Below, one piece after another: positions 1-7,329 of a DNA stretch of 32,000 bases. The stretch's first letter is position 1. Each line of letters begins with the position of its first letter. The translations under genes and the position numbers were made by a program. Origin of the DNA: Rhodobacter capsulatus SB 1003 (GTDB lineage: Bacteria; Pseudomonadota; Alphaproteobacteria; Rhodobacterales; Rhodobacteraceae). The stretch lies in contig NC_014034.1 in NCBI RefSeq assembly GCF_000021865.1, positions 2,580,001 through 2,612,000 on the forward strand, given 5' to 3'. A model generated the notes under the pieces. The model searched no databases and was not told the origin of the DNA. It was given only the letters and a program-made list of their open reading frames with translations.

Positions 1-171
1 CAGCAGCTTCAGCCCCGCGGCATCGATGTTGGTTTTCGAGAAATCGAAGAACCAGGACCCGAATTCGGCGCTGAAACGGGCGGCGCGGTCGGGATCGGCG
101 GCGAAAAGATCGAGGATATGCCGGTCCTTGACGGTCGCGGCATGGGCAAGAAGGTCATCGAAACGGTTCAT
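1..171 (-). CDS. pgi: glucose-6-phosphate isomerase, N-terminal fragment (continues beyond the window edge)
   Basis: My own translation of the minus strand from the ATG at 171-169 gives MNRFDDLLAHAATVKDRHILDLFAADPDRAARFSAEFGSWFFDFSKTNIDAAGLKLL (57 codons, open to the edge). This fits the conserved PGI N-terminus pattern (I.DLFA.D..R...FS..F....D.SK..I....L..L). The start overlaps the pgl stop as ATGA, and zwf-pgl-pgi is a classic gene order. Confidence 0.8.
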   Translation of the reverse strand, partial: MNRFDDLLAHAATVKDRHILDLFAADPDRAARFSAEFGSWFFDFSKTNIDAAGLKLL

Positions 172-842
172 CAGGGGGCCCAATGGATGGTGGCGTTGGA
201 AAGGACGATGCGCACCGGGGCCTCGGTTTCGGGAAGGCTTGCGGCACGCTCCAGTGCTGCGCGCTTTTCTGCACCGGTGATCAGGAGATGGCAATGCATG
301 GCTGCGCGCAGGACGGGCGCGGTGAGCGTGATCCGCGGCTCGCCCGCGGCCTCCGCGCGCAGCGCCATCACCGGGGGGGCATCGGGGGCCAGCGCCTCGG
401 CCAGACGGTCGGCGCCGGGGAAGAGCGAGGCCGTGTGCATGTCCGCCCCCATGCCCAGCATCAGCACGGTCAGCGGCAGCGCGGAACGGACGCCGTGGGA
501 CAGTTCCTCCAGCCGCTCCTCGGGCGTTGCGGCGGGGGCGTAAAGCGGCACCAGATGGGCCAGCGCCGCAGCCCCCCGCAACAGCCGGTTGCGCAACAGC
601 GCGGTGTTCGAACGCGGGCTGGTCTCATCGACCCAGCGCTCGTCATTCAGCATCACCCAGACCCGCGCCCAATCCAGATCCAGCCCCGAAAGGATGTCGA
701 AGACCGGCCCGGGCGTGGTGCCGCCGGGCACGCACAGCGTCACCCGTTCCTCGACCTCCAAAGCGCGGCGCAGCTGGCTTGCGACCTTGTCGGCAAGCGC
801 CAGCATCATCAATTCGCGGTCCGGATATTCGATCAGGTTCAT
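171..842 (-). CDS. pgl: 6-phosphogluconolactonase
   Basis: The 223-aa ORF carries SOL/DevB-family motifs (LCVPGGTTP, NDERWV, MLGMGADMHTASLFPG, RITLT). Its start overlaps the zwf stop as ATGA (839-842). Confidence 0.9.
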   Translation of the reverse strand: MNLIEYPDRELMMLALADKVASQLRRALEVEERVTLCVPGGTTPGPVFDILSGLDLDWARVWVMLNDERWVDETSPRSNTALLRNRLLRGAAALAHLVPLYAPAATPEERLEELSHGVRSALPLTVLMLGMGADMHTASLFPGADRLAEALAPDAPPVMALRAEAAGEPRITLTAPVLRAAMHCHLLITGAEKRAALERAASLPETEAPVRIVLSNATIHWAP

Positions 843-2338
843 TCGCGGATCTCCCGCCAGCGACGGCCGTCGCGGTGCATCAGCATCAAGGCATCTTCCG
901 GCCCCGAAGACCCGGCGTCATAGGGCCGCGGCCGGTCGCCCCGGGCCTCCCAGCCCGCGATGATCGGATCGGTCCAGGCCCAGGCGGCCTCGACCTCGTC
1001 GCCGCGCATGAAAAGGGTCTGGTTGCCGCGGATCACATCCATGATGAGGCGTTCATAAGCGTCAGGAATGTCGGCGCCATCCTCGCCCAGAGCCTCGGCA
1101 AAGGACATGTCAAGCGGCACCTGCACCAGACGCATCCCCCCCGGACCCGGTTCCTTGATCATCACTTTCAGATTCATGCCCTCGTCCGGTTGCAGCCGGA
1201 TGACAAGCACGTTTTCGCGCCAGCTGGCTTCTTCCTGATCGAAGATCGAATGCGGCGGCGCCTTGAAGGTGATGGCGATTTCACTGGCCCGGCCCCGCAG
1301 CCGCTTGCCGGTGCGCAGATAGAACGGCGTGCCCTGCCAGCGCCAGTTCGCCACCTGCACCTTGAGCGCGATATAGCTTTCGGTGCGGCTGTCGGGGTTT
1401 TCGCTGTCGGCCAGATAGCCCGGCTGCTCGGCCCGCCCGGCCGTGGCCTTCACGCCCAGATATTGCCCGCGCACGATGTCGGCCGCGGGAACGGGCTGCA
1501 AGGCCCGGATCACCTTGACCTTTTCATCGCGCACCGCATCGGGGTCGAAGTGATAGGGCGGCTCCATCGCGATCAGGCACAACAGCTGCATCAGGTGGTT
1601 TTGCACCATGTCGCGCATCGCGCCCGATTTGTCGTAATAGCTGCCGCGCCCGCCGACACCCACGGTTTCGGCCACGGTGATCTGCACATGGTCGATATAT
1701 TGTGCGTTCCAAAGCGGCTCGAACAGGATGTTGGCGAACCGCACCGCCATCAGGTTCTGCACCGTCTCCTTGCCCAGATAATGGTCGATCCGGTAGATCT
1801 GGCTTTCCTCGAAATGCGCGGCCAAGGTGGCGTTCAAGGCCCGGGCCGAGGCCAGATCGCGGCCGAAGGGTTTTTCCACCACGATGCGCGACTGATCCCC
1901 GGCGATCCCATGCGCCTTGAGCCGGTCGGCCAGGGGGCCGAACAGCATCGGCGCGACCGAGAAATAGAAGGCATTGATCCGCGCGGGATCGACCTTGGCC
2001 TTGAGACTGTCCCAGCCGCCCTCGCCCGTCGCATCGACCGAGACATAGTCAAGGCTTTGCAGAAAGGCGGCGATGGTCGCCGCGTCATGTTTCGCCGGAT
2101 CGACGAAATCGGCGATCGCCTTGGTCACCTGGGCGCGAAAGCCCTCGGCATCCATGTCGGAGCGGGCGGCGCCGATGATCCGCGCGCCTTCGGGCATCTG
2201 ACCGGCGTGAAAGCGGCGGTAAAGCCCGGGCAGGATCTTGCGCTGCGCAAGATCGCCCGTGGCTCCGAAGATCACGAGATCGAAAAGATCGACCGGAATG
2301 ACGCGCGACACCATGGGGCTGGCTCCGATTCTTGGCAT
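839..2338 (-). CDS. zwf: glucose-6-phosphate 1-dehydrogenase
   Basis: It has the NADP motif DLVIFGATGDLAQRKILP and the active-site motif RIDHYLGKE, with full-length Zwf architecture. The track ORF runs to 2464, but that extension is Arg-rich junk. The ATG at 2338 has GGAGGAGG about 10 nt upstream. The ATG at 2314 (MVSRVIPVDLFDLVIFG) is an equally plausible start. Confidence 0.93.
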   Translation of the reverse strand: MPRIGASPMVSRVIPVDLFDLVIFGATGDLAQRKILPGLYRRFHAGQMPEGARIIGAARSDMDAEGFRAQVTKAIADFVDPAKHDAATIAAFLQSLDYVSVDATGEGGWDSLKAKVDPARINAFYFSVAPMLFGPLADRLKAHGIAGDQSRIVVEKPFGRDLASARALNATLAAHFEESQIYRIDHYLGKETVQNLMAVRFANILFEPLWNAQYIDHVQITVAETVGVGGRGSYYDKSGAMRDMVQNHLMQLLCLIAMEPPYHFDPDAVRDEKVKVIRALQPVPAADIVRGQYLGVKATAGRAEQPGYLADSENPDSRTESYIALKVQVANWRWQGTPFYLRTGKRLRGRASEIAITFKAPPHSIFDQEEASWRENVLVIRLQPDEGMNLKVMIKEPGPGGMRLVQVPLDMSFAEALGEDGADIPDAYERLIMDVIRGNQTLFMRGDEVEAAWAWTDPIIAGWEARGDRPRPYDAGSSGPEDALMLMHRDGRRWREIRE

Positions 2339-2375
2339 GACTGGCGCCCTCCTCCGGATGCGCCGTCCTGGGTTG

Positions 2376-2397
2376 CATATGTTAGCGGTAACACATG
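2376..2397. promoter_or_regulatory. imperfect palindrome CATATGTTAGCGGTAACACATG (core TGTTAGCGGTAACA 2380-2393), candidate LacI-type operator upstream of zwf
   Basis: 9 of 11 dyad pairs match. It lies about 40-60 nt upstream of the zwf start on the minus strand. The core is almost identical to the palindrome in the edd promoter at 4418-4429. Confidence 0.5.
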
Positions 2398-2478
2398 CTG
2401 TTTCTACCGTGGCGCCAAGTGCAAGTCTAGCCCGGTGTCGGGCGAACTCAAAGCGGTTTGGCAAGGGCGTGGAAAGTC

Positions 2479-3039
2479 TCAGGCGGTTTCAAGCGCACGG
2501 GCAAGGCGAAAGAGCCTGGCCTTTTTCAAAAGCGCCCGGGTGGTCCAGCCTTGGCCCGACAGCGCCTCGGCCTTGGCCCGGACACGTTCGACCACGGCGG
2601 CGACCTGCGTGGGATGATCGGCGGAAAGCGCCCAGAGGAAGCCATCGGCATCAAGGCGCGAAAGCCCCTCGGCCGCCAGGACGCCGCGCGGGAAATCGGC
2701 CCGGTTTTGCGTCACGATCGCCTCGGCCCCGCCAGATATGGCAGCGGCCAGCACATGGATGTCGTTTTCATCGGGCAGATGCAGCCGCGATTCGAGCCCC
2801 GGGCGGGGGGCGATGCTGGCCCTTGGGAAACGGGCCTTGAGGGCGGCAATCTCGCCCCGCGCAAAGGCCTCGTCGCCCGAGGACAGCCGCGCCGCCGCCC
2901 GCGCCCATTCCTCCAGGATGCGGTCCGACCACAGCGGCGTGAAAAGCCCCTCGGCCGCACAAAGGGTCAGGATCTCGCGCAGAACCGTCGGGTAAAGCAC
3001 GCAGGCATCGAGCAGCACCTTGCCGGGGGCGGCGCGCAT
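2479..3039 (-). CDS. PIN-domain protein (PIN_3/VapC-like nuclease fold), no cognate antitoxin gene visible
   Basis: The 186-aa reading starts at ATG 3039 (MRAAPGKVLLDACVLYPTVLREIL...). The acidic PIN signature is present: LLDACV, DENDIHVLAAAI, IVTQNRADF. The start overlaps the rlmI-like stop as ATGA. The 60-aa N-terminal extension in the track ORF lies inside the upstream gene. Confidence 0.75.
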   Translation of the reverse strand: MRAAPGKVLLDACVLYPTVLREILTLCAAEGLFTPLWSDRILEEWARAAARLSSGDEAFARGEIAALKARFPRASIAPRPGLESRLHLPDENDIHVLAAAISGGAEAIVTQNRADFPRGVLAAEGLSRLDADGFLWALSADHPTQVAAVVERVRAKAEALSGQGWTTRALLKKARLFRLARALETA

Positions 3040-4247
3040 CAATCCAGCCGGAAGACCAGCGATTTCAGATAGGCCGATTCGGCCAGTTGCGGCAGCATCG
3101 GGTGATCGGGCCCGGCAAAGCCGGTGTGCAGCAGTTGCGCACGCCGCCCGCCCCGGCCCAGACCGCGGGCCGAAGCATTGCGGAAGGCGACCAGATCGGC
3201 GGCATGGGAACAGGAGCAAAGCACGATATACCCGCCCGGCGCCACCAGCGGCGCAGCGAGCCGCGCAACGCGTTCGTAAGCGCGCAAGCCCGCATCGAGC
3301 GATTGCTTGTTCGGCGCAAAGGCGGGCGGATCGCAGATCACCACCTCGAATTGTGCCCCCTCGGTGGCCAGCGCCTCAAGCGTCGCAAAGGCATCGCCCT
3401 GACGGGTGGCGAAACGCGCGCCCTGCCCCATCGCCGCGGCGCCCTGCGTCGCCAGATCCAAAGCGGCAGCCGAGGCATCGACGGCCAAAGCGCTTTCCGC
3501 CCCACCGGCCAGGCACGCCAGCGCGAAACCGCCGACATGGGAAAACACGTCAAGCACCCGCGCCCCCCGCGCCAGCCGCGCGGCAAAGGCGTGGTTCGGG
3601 CGCTGGTCAAAGAACAGCCCGGTCTTCTGCCCGCCCAGAACGTCGGCCATGTAGGTGGCGCCGTTCATCTCGACCGGCACCGGGCCGTCGATGGCGCCGC
3701 ACAGGACCACGGTTTCCTCGGGCAGACCTTCCAGCCCGCGCGAGCGCCCCGAGCCGTTCTTGATCACCGTCTTCACGCCCGTCACCGCAACGAGGGCCGC
3801 GCACAGATCGCCGATCAGCGCCTCCGCCCAGGCGGCATTCGGCTGCACCACCGCGACATCGCCGAAACGGTCGATGATGACACCGGGCAGGCCGTCGGCC
3901 TCGGCATGGACAAGGCGATAGAAGGGCTGATCGAAGAGCCGCCTGCGCAGATCCAAAGCACGCGACAGCCGCGCCGCCAGCCAGTCGCGGTCGATCACCG
4001 CCTCGGCGTCGCGATCCAGCATCCGCGCGATGATCTTCGATTTCGGGTTCACCGTGACCGTGCCCAGCACACGGCGCTCGGCATCTTCCAGCGTCGCGAT
4101 CACGCCCGGGGCGAGGCCCTGCGTGCGCCGGTCGGTCACCAGCTCGTCGGCATAGACCCAGGGAAAGCCGTGCCGGATCGCGCGGGCCTCGGCCTTGGGG
4201 CGCAGCCGCACGACGGGACGGGACTTCGGCGCTTCTTCTTCGGTCAT
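3039..4247 (-). CDS. rlmI: class I SAM-dependent 23S rRNA (cytosine-C5) methyltransferase, RlmI-like (PUA + MTase)
   Basis: It is colinear with E. coli RlmI as I remember it: HGFPWVY, YRLVHAEADGLPGVIIDRFGD, GQKTGLFFDQR, VLDVFSHVGGFAL, VICDPPAF, YLKSLVFRL. The start is taken at ATG 4247 (MTEEEAPKSRPVV). The upstream extension to 4343 is Arg-rich. Confidence 0.85.
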   Translation of the reverse strand: MTEEEAPKSRPVVRLRPKAEARAIRHGFPWVYADELVTDRRTQGLAPGVIATLEDAERRVLGTVTVNPKSKIIARMLDRDAEAVIDRDWLAARLSRALDLRRRLFDQPFYRLVHAEADGLPGVIIDRFGDVAVVQPNAAWAEALIGDLCAALVAVTGVKTVIKNGSGRSRGLEGLPEETVVLCGAIDGPVPVEMNGATYMADVLGGQKTGLFFDQRPNHAFAARLARGARVLDVFSHVGGFALACLAGGAESALAVDASAAALDLATQGAAAMGQGARFATRQGDAFATLEALATEGAQFEVVICDPPAFAPNKQSLDAGLRAYERVARLAAPLVAPGGYIVLCSCSHAADLVAFRNASARGLGRGGRRAQLLHTGFAGPDHPMLPQLAESAYLKSLVFRLD

Positions 4248-4410
4248 GGCGGGCCTGCTGCTAAAGGATGTCGCGCCCCCTCTATCCCGAGTTTCGCGCC
4301 GCGCAAAGCCCGCATCGGCGCGGTTTTGCTTCCTCTGCGCCACACCCTTCGGATTTTCGCGGAAATTCGCTGGACCTTGCCCGCCGTGGCGCGCAAGAGG
4401 GAAAGCAGGA

Positions 4411-4438
4411 TTGATTTGTTAGCGCTAACTGATTATAT
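4411..4438 (+). promoter_or_regulatory. candidate sigma70-type promoter of edd: TTGATT - 16 nt - TTATAT
   Basis: The -35-like TTGATT (4411-4416) and -10-like TTATAT (4433-4438) form an AT-rich island in GC-rich DNA. The -10 ends 39 nt before the edd ATG. Confidence 0.5.
4417..4430. promoter_or_regulatory. perfect 12-bp palindrome GTTAGCGCTAAC (4418-4429), candidate LacI-family operator inside the edd promoter spacer
   Basis: The sequence is exactly self-complementary. It occupies the spacer between the -35 and -10 candidates. A related copy lies upstream of zwf. Confidence 0.55.
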
Positions 4439-4477
4439 GCGGGGCATCCCGAGCCTTCGCCAAAGCTGGATCCGACC

Positions 4478-6298
4478 ATGACCGAGACTGCCGCACCGCT
4501 GAACGCCACGATTGCCCGGGTGACGGATCGCATCCGCGCCCGCTCGGCCGCGCGGCGGGGCGATTATCTGGCACGGATCGCGGCAGCGGCCGCCGCGGGC
4601 CCGGCGCGGGCGCATCTGACCTGCGGCAATCAGGCCCATGCCTATGCCGCGATGGGGCCGGACAAGACGCCTTTGGCCGAGGGGCGGGGCCCGAATGTCG
4701 GCATCGTCACCGCTTACAATGACATGCTTTCGGCCCATGCGCCCTATGCCGATTACCCGGCGCAGATCAAGGCGGCCTTGCGCGAGATCGGGGCGACGGC
4801 GCAGGTGGCGGGCGGCGTGCCCGCGATGTGTGATGGCGTCACCCAGGGCCGGGCGGGGATGGAGCTGTCGCTTTTTTCGCGCGAGGTGATCGCGCTGGCG
4901 GCCGGGATCGCGCTCTCGCATGACACGTTTGACGCCGCGATTTTCCTCGGCGTCTGCGACAAGATCGTGCCGGGTCTGGTGATGGCGGCGGCGACCTTCG
5001 GCCATCTGCCCGCGATCTTCCTGCCCGCGGGGCCGATGACGGCGGGCCTGCCGAATGACGAAAAAGCCAAGGTGCGGCAACAATTTGCCACGGGCGAGGT
5101 GGGCCGCGACAAGCTCATGGCGGCCGAGATGGCCTCCTATCACGGGCCGGGCACCTGCACCTTTTACGGCACCGCGAACACCAACCAGATGCTGATGGAG
5201 GTGATGGGCCTGCATCTGCCGGGGTCCAGTTTCGTCAACCCGCACACGCCCCTGCGCGATGCGCTGACGGGCGCGGGGGCGCAGCGGGTGGCCGAGATCA
5301 CCGCGCTCGGCGCCGATGCCCTGCCGGTCGGGCATCTGCTCGATGAGCGCGCCTTCGTCAACGGGCTTGTCGGGCTGATGGCCACGGGCGGCTCGACCAA
5401 TCTTGTGCTGCACCTGCCCGCGATGGCACGGGCGGCGGGGATTGAACTGGATCTGCAGGATTTCGACGAGATTTCGGATGTCGTCCCCCTGATGGCCAAG
5501 GTCTATCCGAACGGGCTGGCCGATGTGAACGCCTTTCACGCCGCGGGCGGGCTGCAATTCCTGATCCGCCATCTTCTGCGCGCGGGGCTTTTGCACGCCG
5601 ATGTCAACACCGTCGCGGGCCCGGGCCTTGCGCGCTACACACAGGAACCGAAGCTGATCGAGGGCCGCCTGACCTGGGTCGAGGGGCCGGAAGACAGCCT
5701 GAACGACCGCATCCTGCGCCCTGCCGCCACCCCCTTCGCGGCAACGGGCGGGCTGAAGCAGCTCGCGGGCAATCTTGGTCGCGGCGTGATCAAGGTCTCG
5801 GCCGTCGCCCCCGACCGTCATGTGATCGAGGCCCCGGCCCGCATCTTCGAAAGCCAGGACGCGGTGAAAGAGGCCTTCAAGCGCGGCGACTTCACCGCCG
5901 ATACCGTGGTCGTGGTGCGCTTTCAGGGGCCGCAGGCGAATGGCATGCCGGAACTGCATTCGCTGACGCCCACGCTTTCGGTGCTGCAAGACCGCGGCTT
6001 GCGCGTCGCCTTGGTCACCGATGGCCGGATGTCGGGGGCCAGCGGCAAGGTCCCCGCCGCGATCCATGTCAGCCCCGAGGCCGCCTGTGGCGGGCCCTTG
6101 GCGAAGCTGCAAGACGGCGATCTGATCCGGCTTGATGCCGACACCGGGGAACTGATCTGCCTGACCGCGGGCTTTGAGACCCGCACCCCCGTCTCCCCCG
6201 ATCTGAGCGCCAATCGCACCGGGCTGGGCCGCGAGCTGTTCGAGACGTTCCGCCGCAACACCGGCCCTGCCACCTCCGGCGCGTCCGTGATAGTGTGA
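4478..6298 (+). CDS. edd: phosphogluconate dehydratase (Entner-Doudoroff)
   Basis: The 606-aa protein is of the IlvD/Edd family. It shows the [10 protein letters not shown] cluster motif, MCDGVTQG, and Edd-typical length and N-terminus (VTDRI..RS...R..YL). Confidence 0.95.
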   Translation: MTETAAPLNATIARVTDRIRARSAARRGDYLARIAAAAAAGPARAHLTCGNQAHAYAAMGPDKTPLAEGRGPNVGIVTAYNDMLSAHAPYADYPAQIKAALREIGATAQVAGGVPAMCDGVTQGRAGMELSLFSREVIALAAGIALSHDTFDAAIFLGVCDKIVPGLVMAAATFGHLPAIFLPAGPMTAGLPNDEKAKVRQQFATGEVGRDKLMAAEMASYHGPGTCTFYGTANTNQMLMEVMGLHLPGSSFVNPHTPLRDALTGAGAQRVAEITALGADALPVGHLLDERAFVNGLVGLMATGGSTNLVLHLPAMARAAGIELDLQDFDEISDVVPLMAKVYPNGLADVNAFHAAGGLQFLIRHLLRAGLLHADVNTVAGPGLARYTQEPKLIEGRLTWVEGPEDSLNDRILRPAATPFAATGGLKQLAGNLGRGVIKVSAVAPDRHVIEAPARIFESQDAVKEAFKRGDFTADTVVVVRFQGPQANGMPELHSLTPTLSVLQDRGLRVALVTDGRMSGASGKVPAAIHVSPEAACGGPLAKLQDGDLIRLDADTGELICLTAGFETRTPVSPDLSANRTGLGRELFETFRRNTGPATSGASVIV

Positions 6299-6306
6299 CG
6301 GCGGAA

Positions 6307-6357
6307 GCGTATTTGGGCCAAGAAAAAGACCGCAGCTTTTTCTTGGCGAAAATACGC
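6307..6357 (+). repeat. long imperfect inverted repeat / hairpin in the edd-eda intergenic region
   Basis: The arms GCGTATTTggGCCAAGAAAAAG (6307-6328) and CTTTTTCTTGGCgaAAATACGC (6336-6357) flank a 7-nt loop ACCGCAG. This gives 8 + 12 paired positions with a 2x2 internal mismatch. The element is AT-rich relative to its surroundings. Confidence 0.7.
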
Positions 6358-6392
6358 ACTTAGCCAGATGTAATCGCCTCAGGAGGCCCCTC

Positions 6393-7046
6393 ATGACCCC
6401 CACCGCCCAATCCGCGAAAGCGCGCGAATTCTGTGCGCTTGCCCCCATCGTGCCCGTGATCGTGGTGCAGGACCTGGCCCATGCCCAGCCCCTGGCCAAG
6501 GCGCTGGTGGCGGGCGGGCTGAAGGCGCTCGAGGTGACCCTGCGCAGCGCCTGCGCGCTTGAGGCGATCCGCGCCATGGTCGATGTCGAAGGCGGCGTCG
6601 TCGGCGCGGGCACGCTTCTGACCCCCGCCGATGTCAAGGCCGCCAAGGCCGCGGGCGCGCAATTCGGCGTCGCCCCGGGCCTGACCGACAGCCTGGTGAA
6701 GGCCTGCGAGGACGAGGGCCTGCCGCTGCTTCCCGGCGCCGTCACCGCATCCGAGGTGATGCGGGCGCTGGAACTCGGTTATGACATGCTGAAATTCTTC
6801 CCCGCCGAAACCTCGGGCGGTGCGGCCGCGCTGAAGGCCATGGGCGGGCCGCTGCCGAAAGTCTCGTTCTGCCCCACCGGCGGCGTCAGCCTGAAGAATG
6901 CGCGCGATTACCTGACGCTTCCGAACGTGATGTGCGTCGGCGGCTCCTGGGTCGCGCCGCAGGGCATGATGAGCGCGGGCAACTGGGCCGCGATCGAGGC
7001 GCTGGCAACGGATGCCGCCGCGCTCTCGCGCGCGACGCTTGGCTGA
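6393..7046 (+). CDS. eda: 2-dehydro-3-deoxy-phosphogluconate (KDPG) / KHG aldolase
   Basis: The 217-aa protein has motifs VIVV, LEVTLRS, GAGTLL, the Schiff-base region MLKFFPAE, and PTGGV. AGGAGG lies 6 nt upstream of the ATG, and the gene follows edd. Confidence 0.93.
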   Translation: MTPTAQSAKAREFCALAPIVPVIVVQDLAHAQPLAKALVAGGLKALEVTLRSACALEAIRAMVDVEGGVVGAGTLLTPADVKAAKAAGAQFGVAPGLTDSLVKACEDEGLPLLPGAVTASEVMRALELGYDMLKFFPAETSGGAAALKAMGGPLPKVSFCPTGGVSLKNARDYLTLPNVMCVGGSWVAPQGMMSAGNWAAIEALATDAAALSRATLG

Positions 7047-7316
7047 TCAGACCGACATCCGACCTGCCCGGCCGCCGCGCCGGGCGGGCGGGGTTTCCGC
7101 GCGGGTCAGCCCCTCGGCCAGAACCTGCGACATCGGATGGCCCGCATCGGCGCCATAGCTGGTCAGAACCACCCGCATCGCCGCGGTCTGATCGGTGCCC
7201 GGCGCAAGGCTGAGCGCCCAATCCAGAAAGATCGACCGGCATTCGACCGCCCCGATCCCCTCGATGCGATAGCTCTCGCGCAAAAGCCCCTTCGGGTCCG
7301 CCAGTTTCAGATCCAT
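7047..7316 (-). CDS. small hypothetical protein (89 aa) downstream of glnE
   Basis: The reading starts at ATG 7316 (MDLKLADPKGLLRESYRIEGIGAVECRSIFLDWALSL...), 13 nt after the glnE stop on the same strand. The composition is non-repetitive. I recognise no family. The C-terminal Arg/Gly tail is of doubtful quality. Confidence 0.5.
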   Translation of the reverse strand: MDLKLADPKGLLRESYRIEGIGAVECRSIFLDWALSLAPGTDQTAAMRVVLTSYGADAGHPMSQVLAEGLTRAETPPARRGGRAGRMSV

Positions 7317-7329
7317 CTTCGCCCTCCCG

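Noticed and set aside
2339-2464. N-terminal extension of the zwf ORF (MPNRFEFARHRARLALGATVETACV...).
   Set aside because: The extension covers the AT-rich operator/promoter region and has no Zwf homology. Good Shine-Dalgarno sequences precede the internal ATGs at 2338 and 2314.
3040-3219. A possible antitoxin or longer N-terminus upstream of the PIN gene (the track ORF starts at 3219).
   Set aside because: This stretch lies entirely inside the 3' end of the rlmI-like CDS in another frame. It is Arg/Cys/Pro-rich. No independent small ORF with an RBS exists next to the PIN gene on either side.
6343-6374. A possible internal eda promoter (TTGGCG ... TGTAAT) overlapping the right arm of the edd-eda hairpin.
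   Set aside because: The spacer between the hexamers would be 20 nt, which is too long for a sigma70-type promoter. No better-spaced -10 element is visible.
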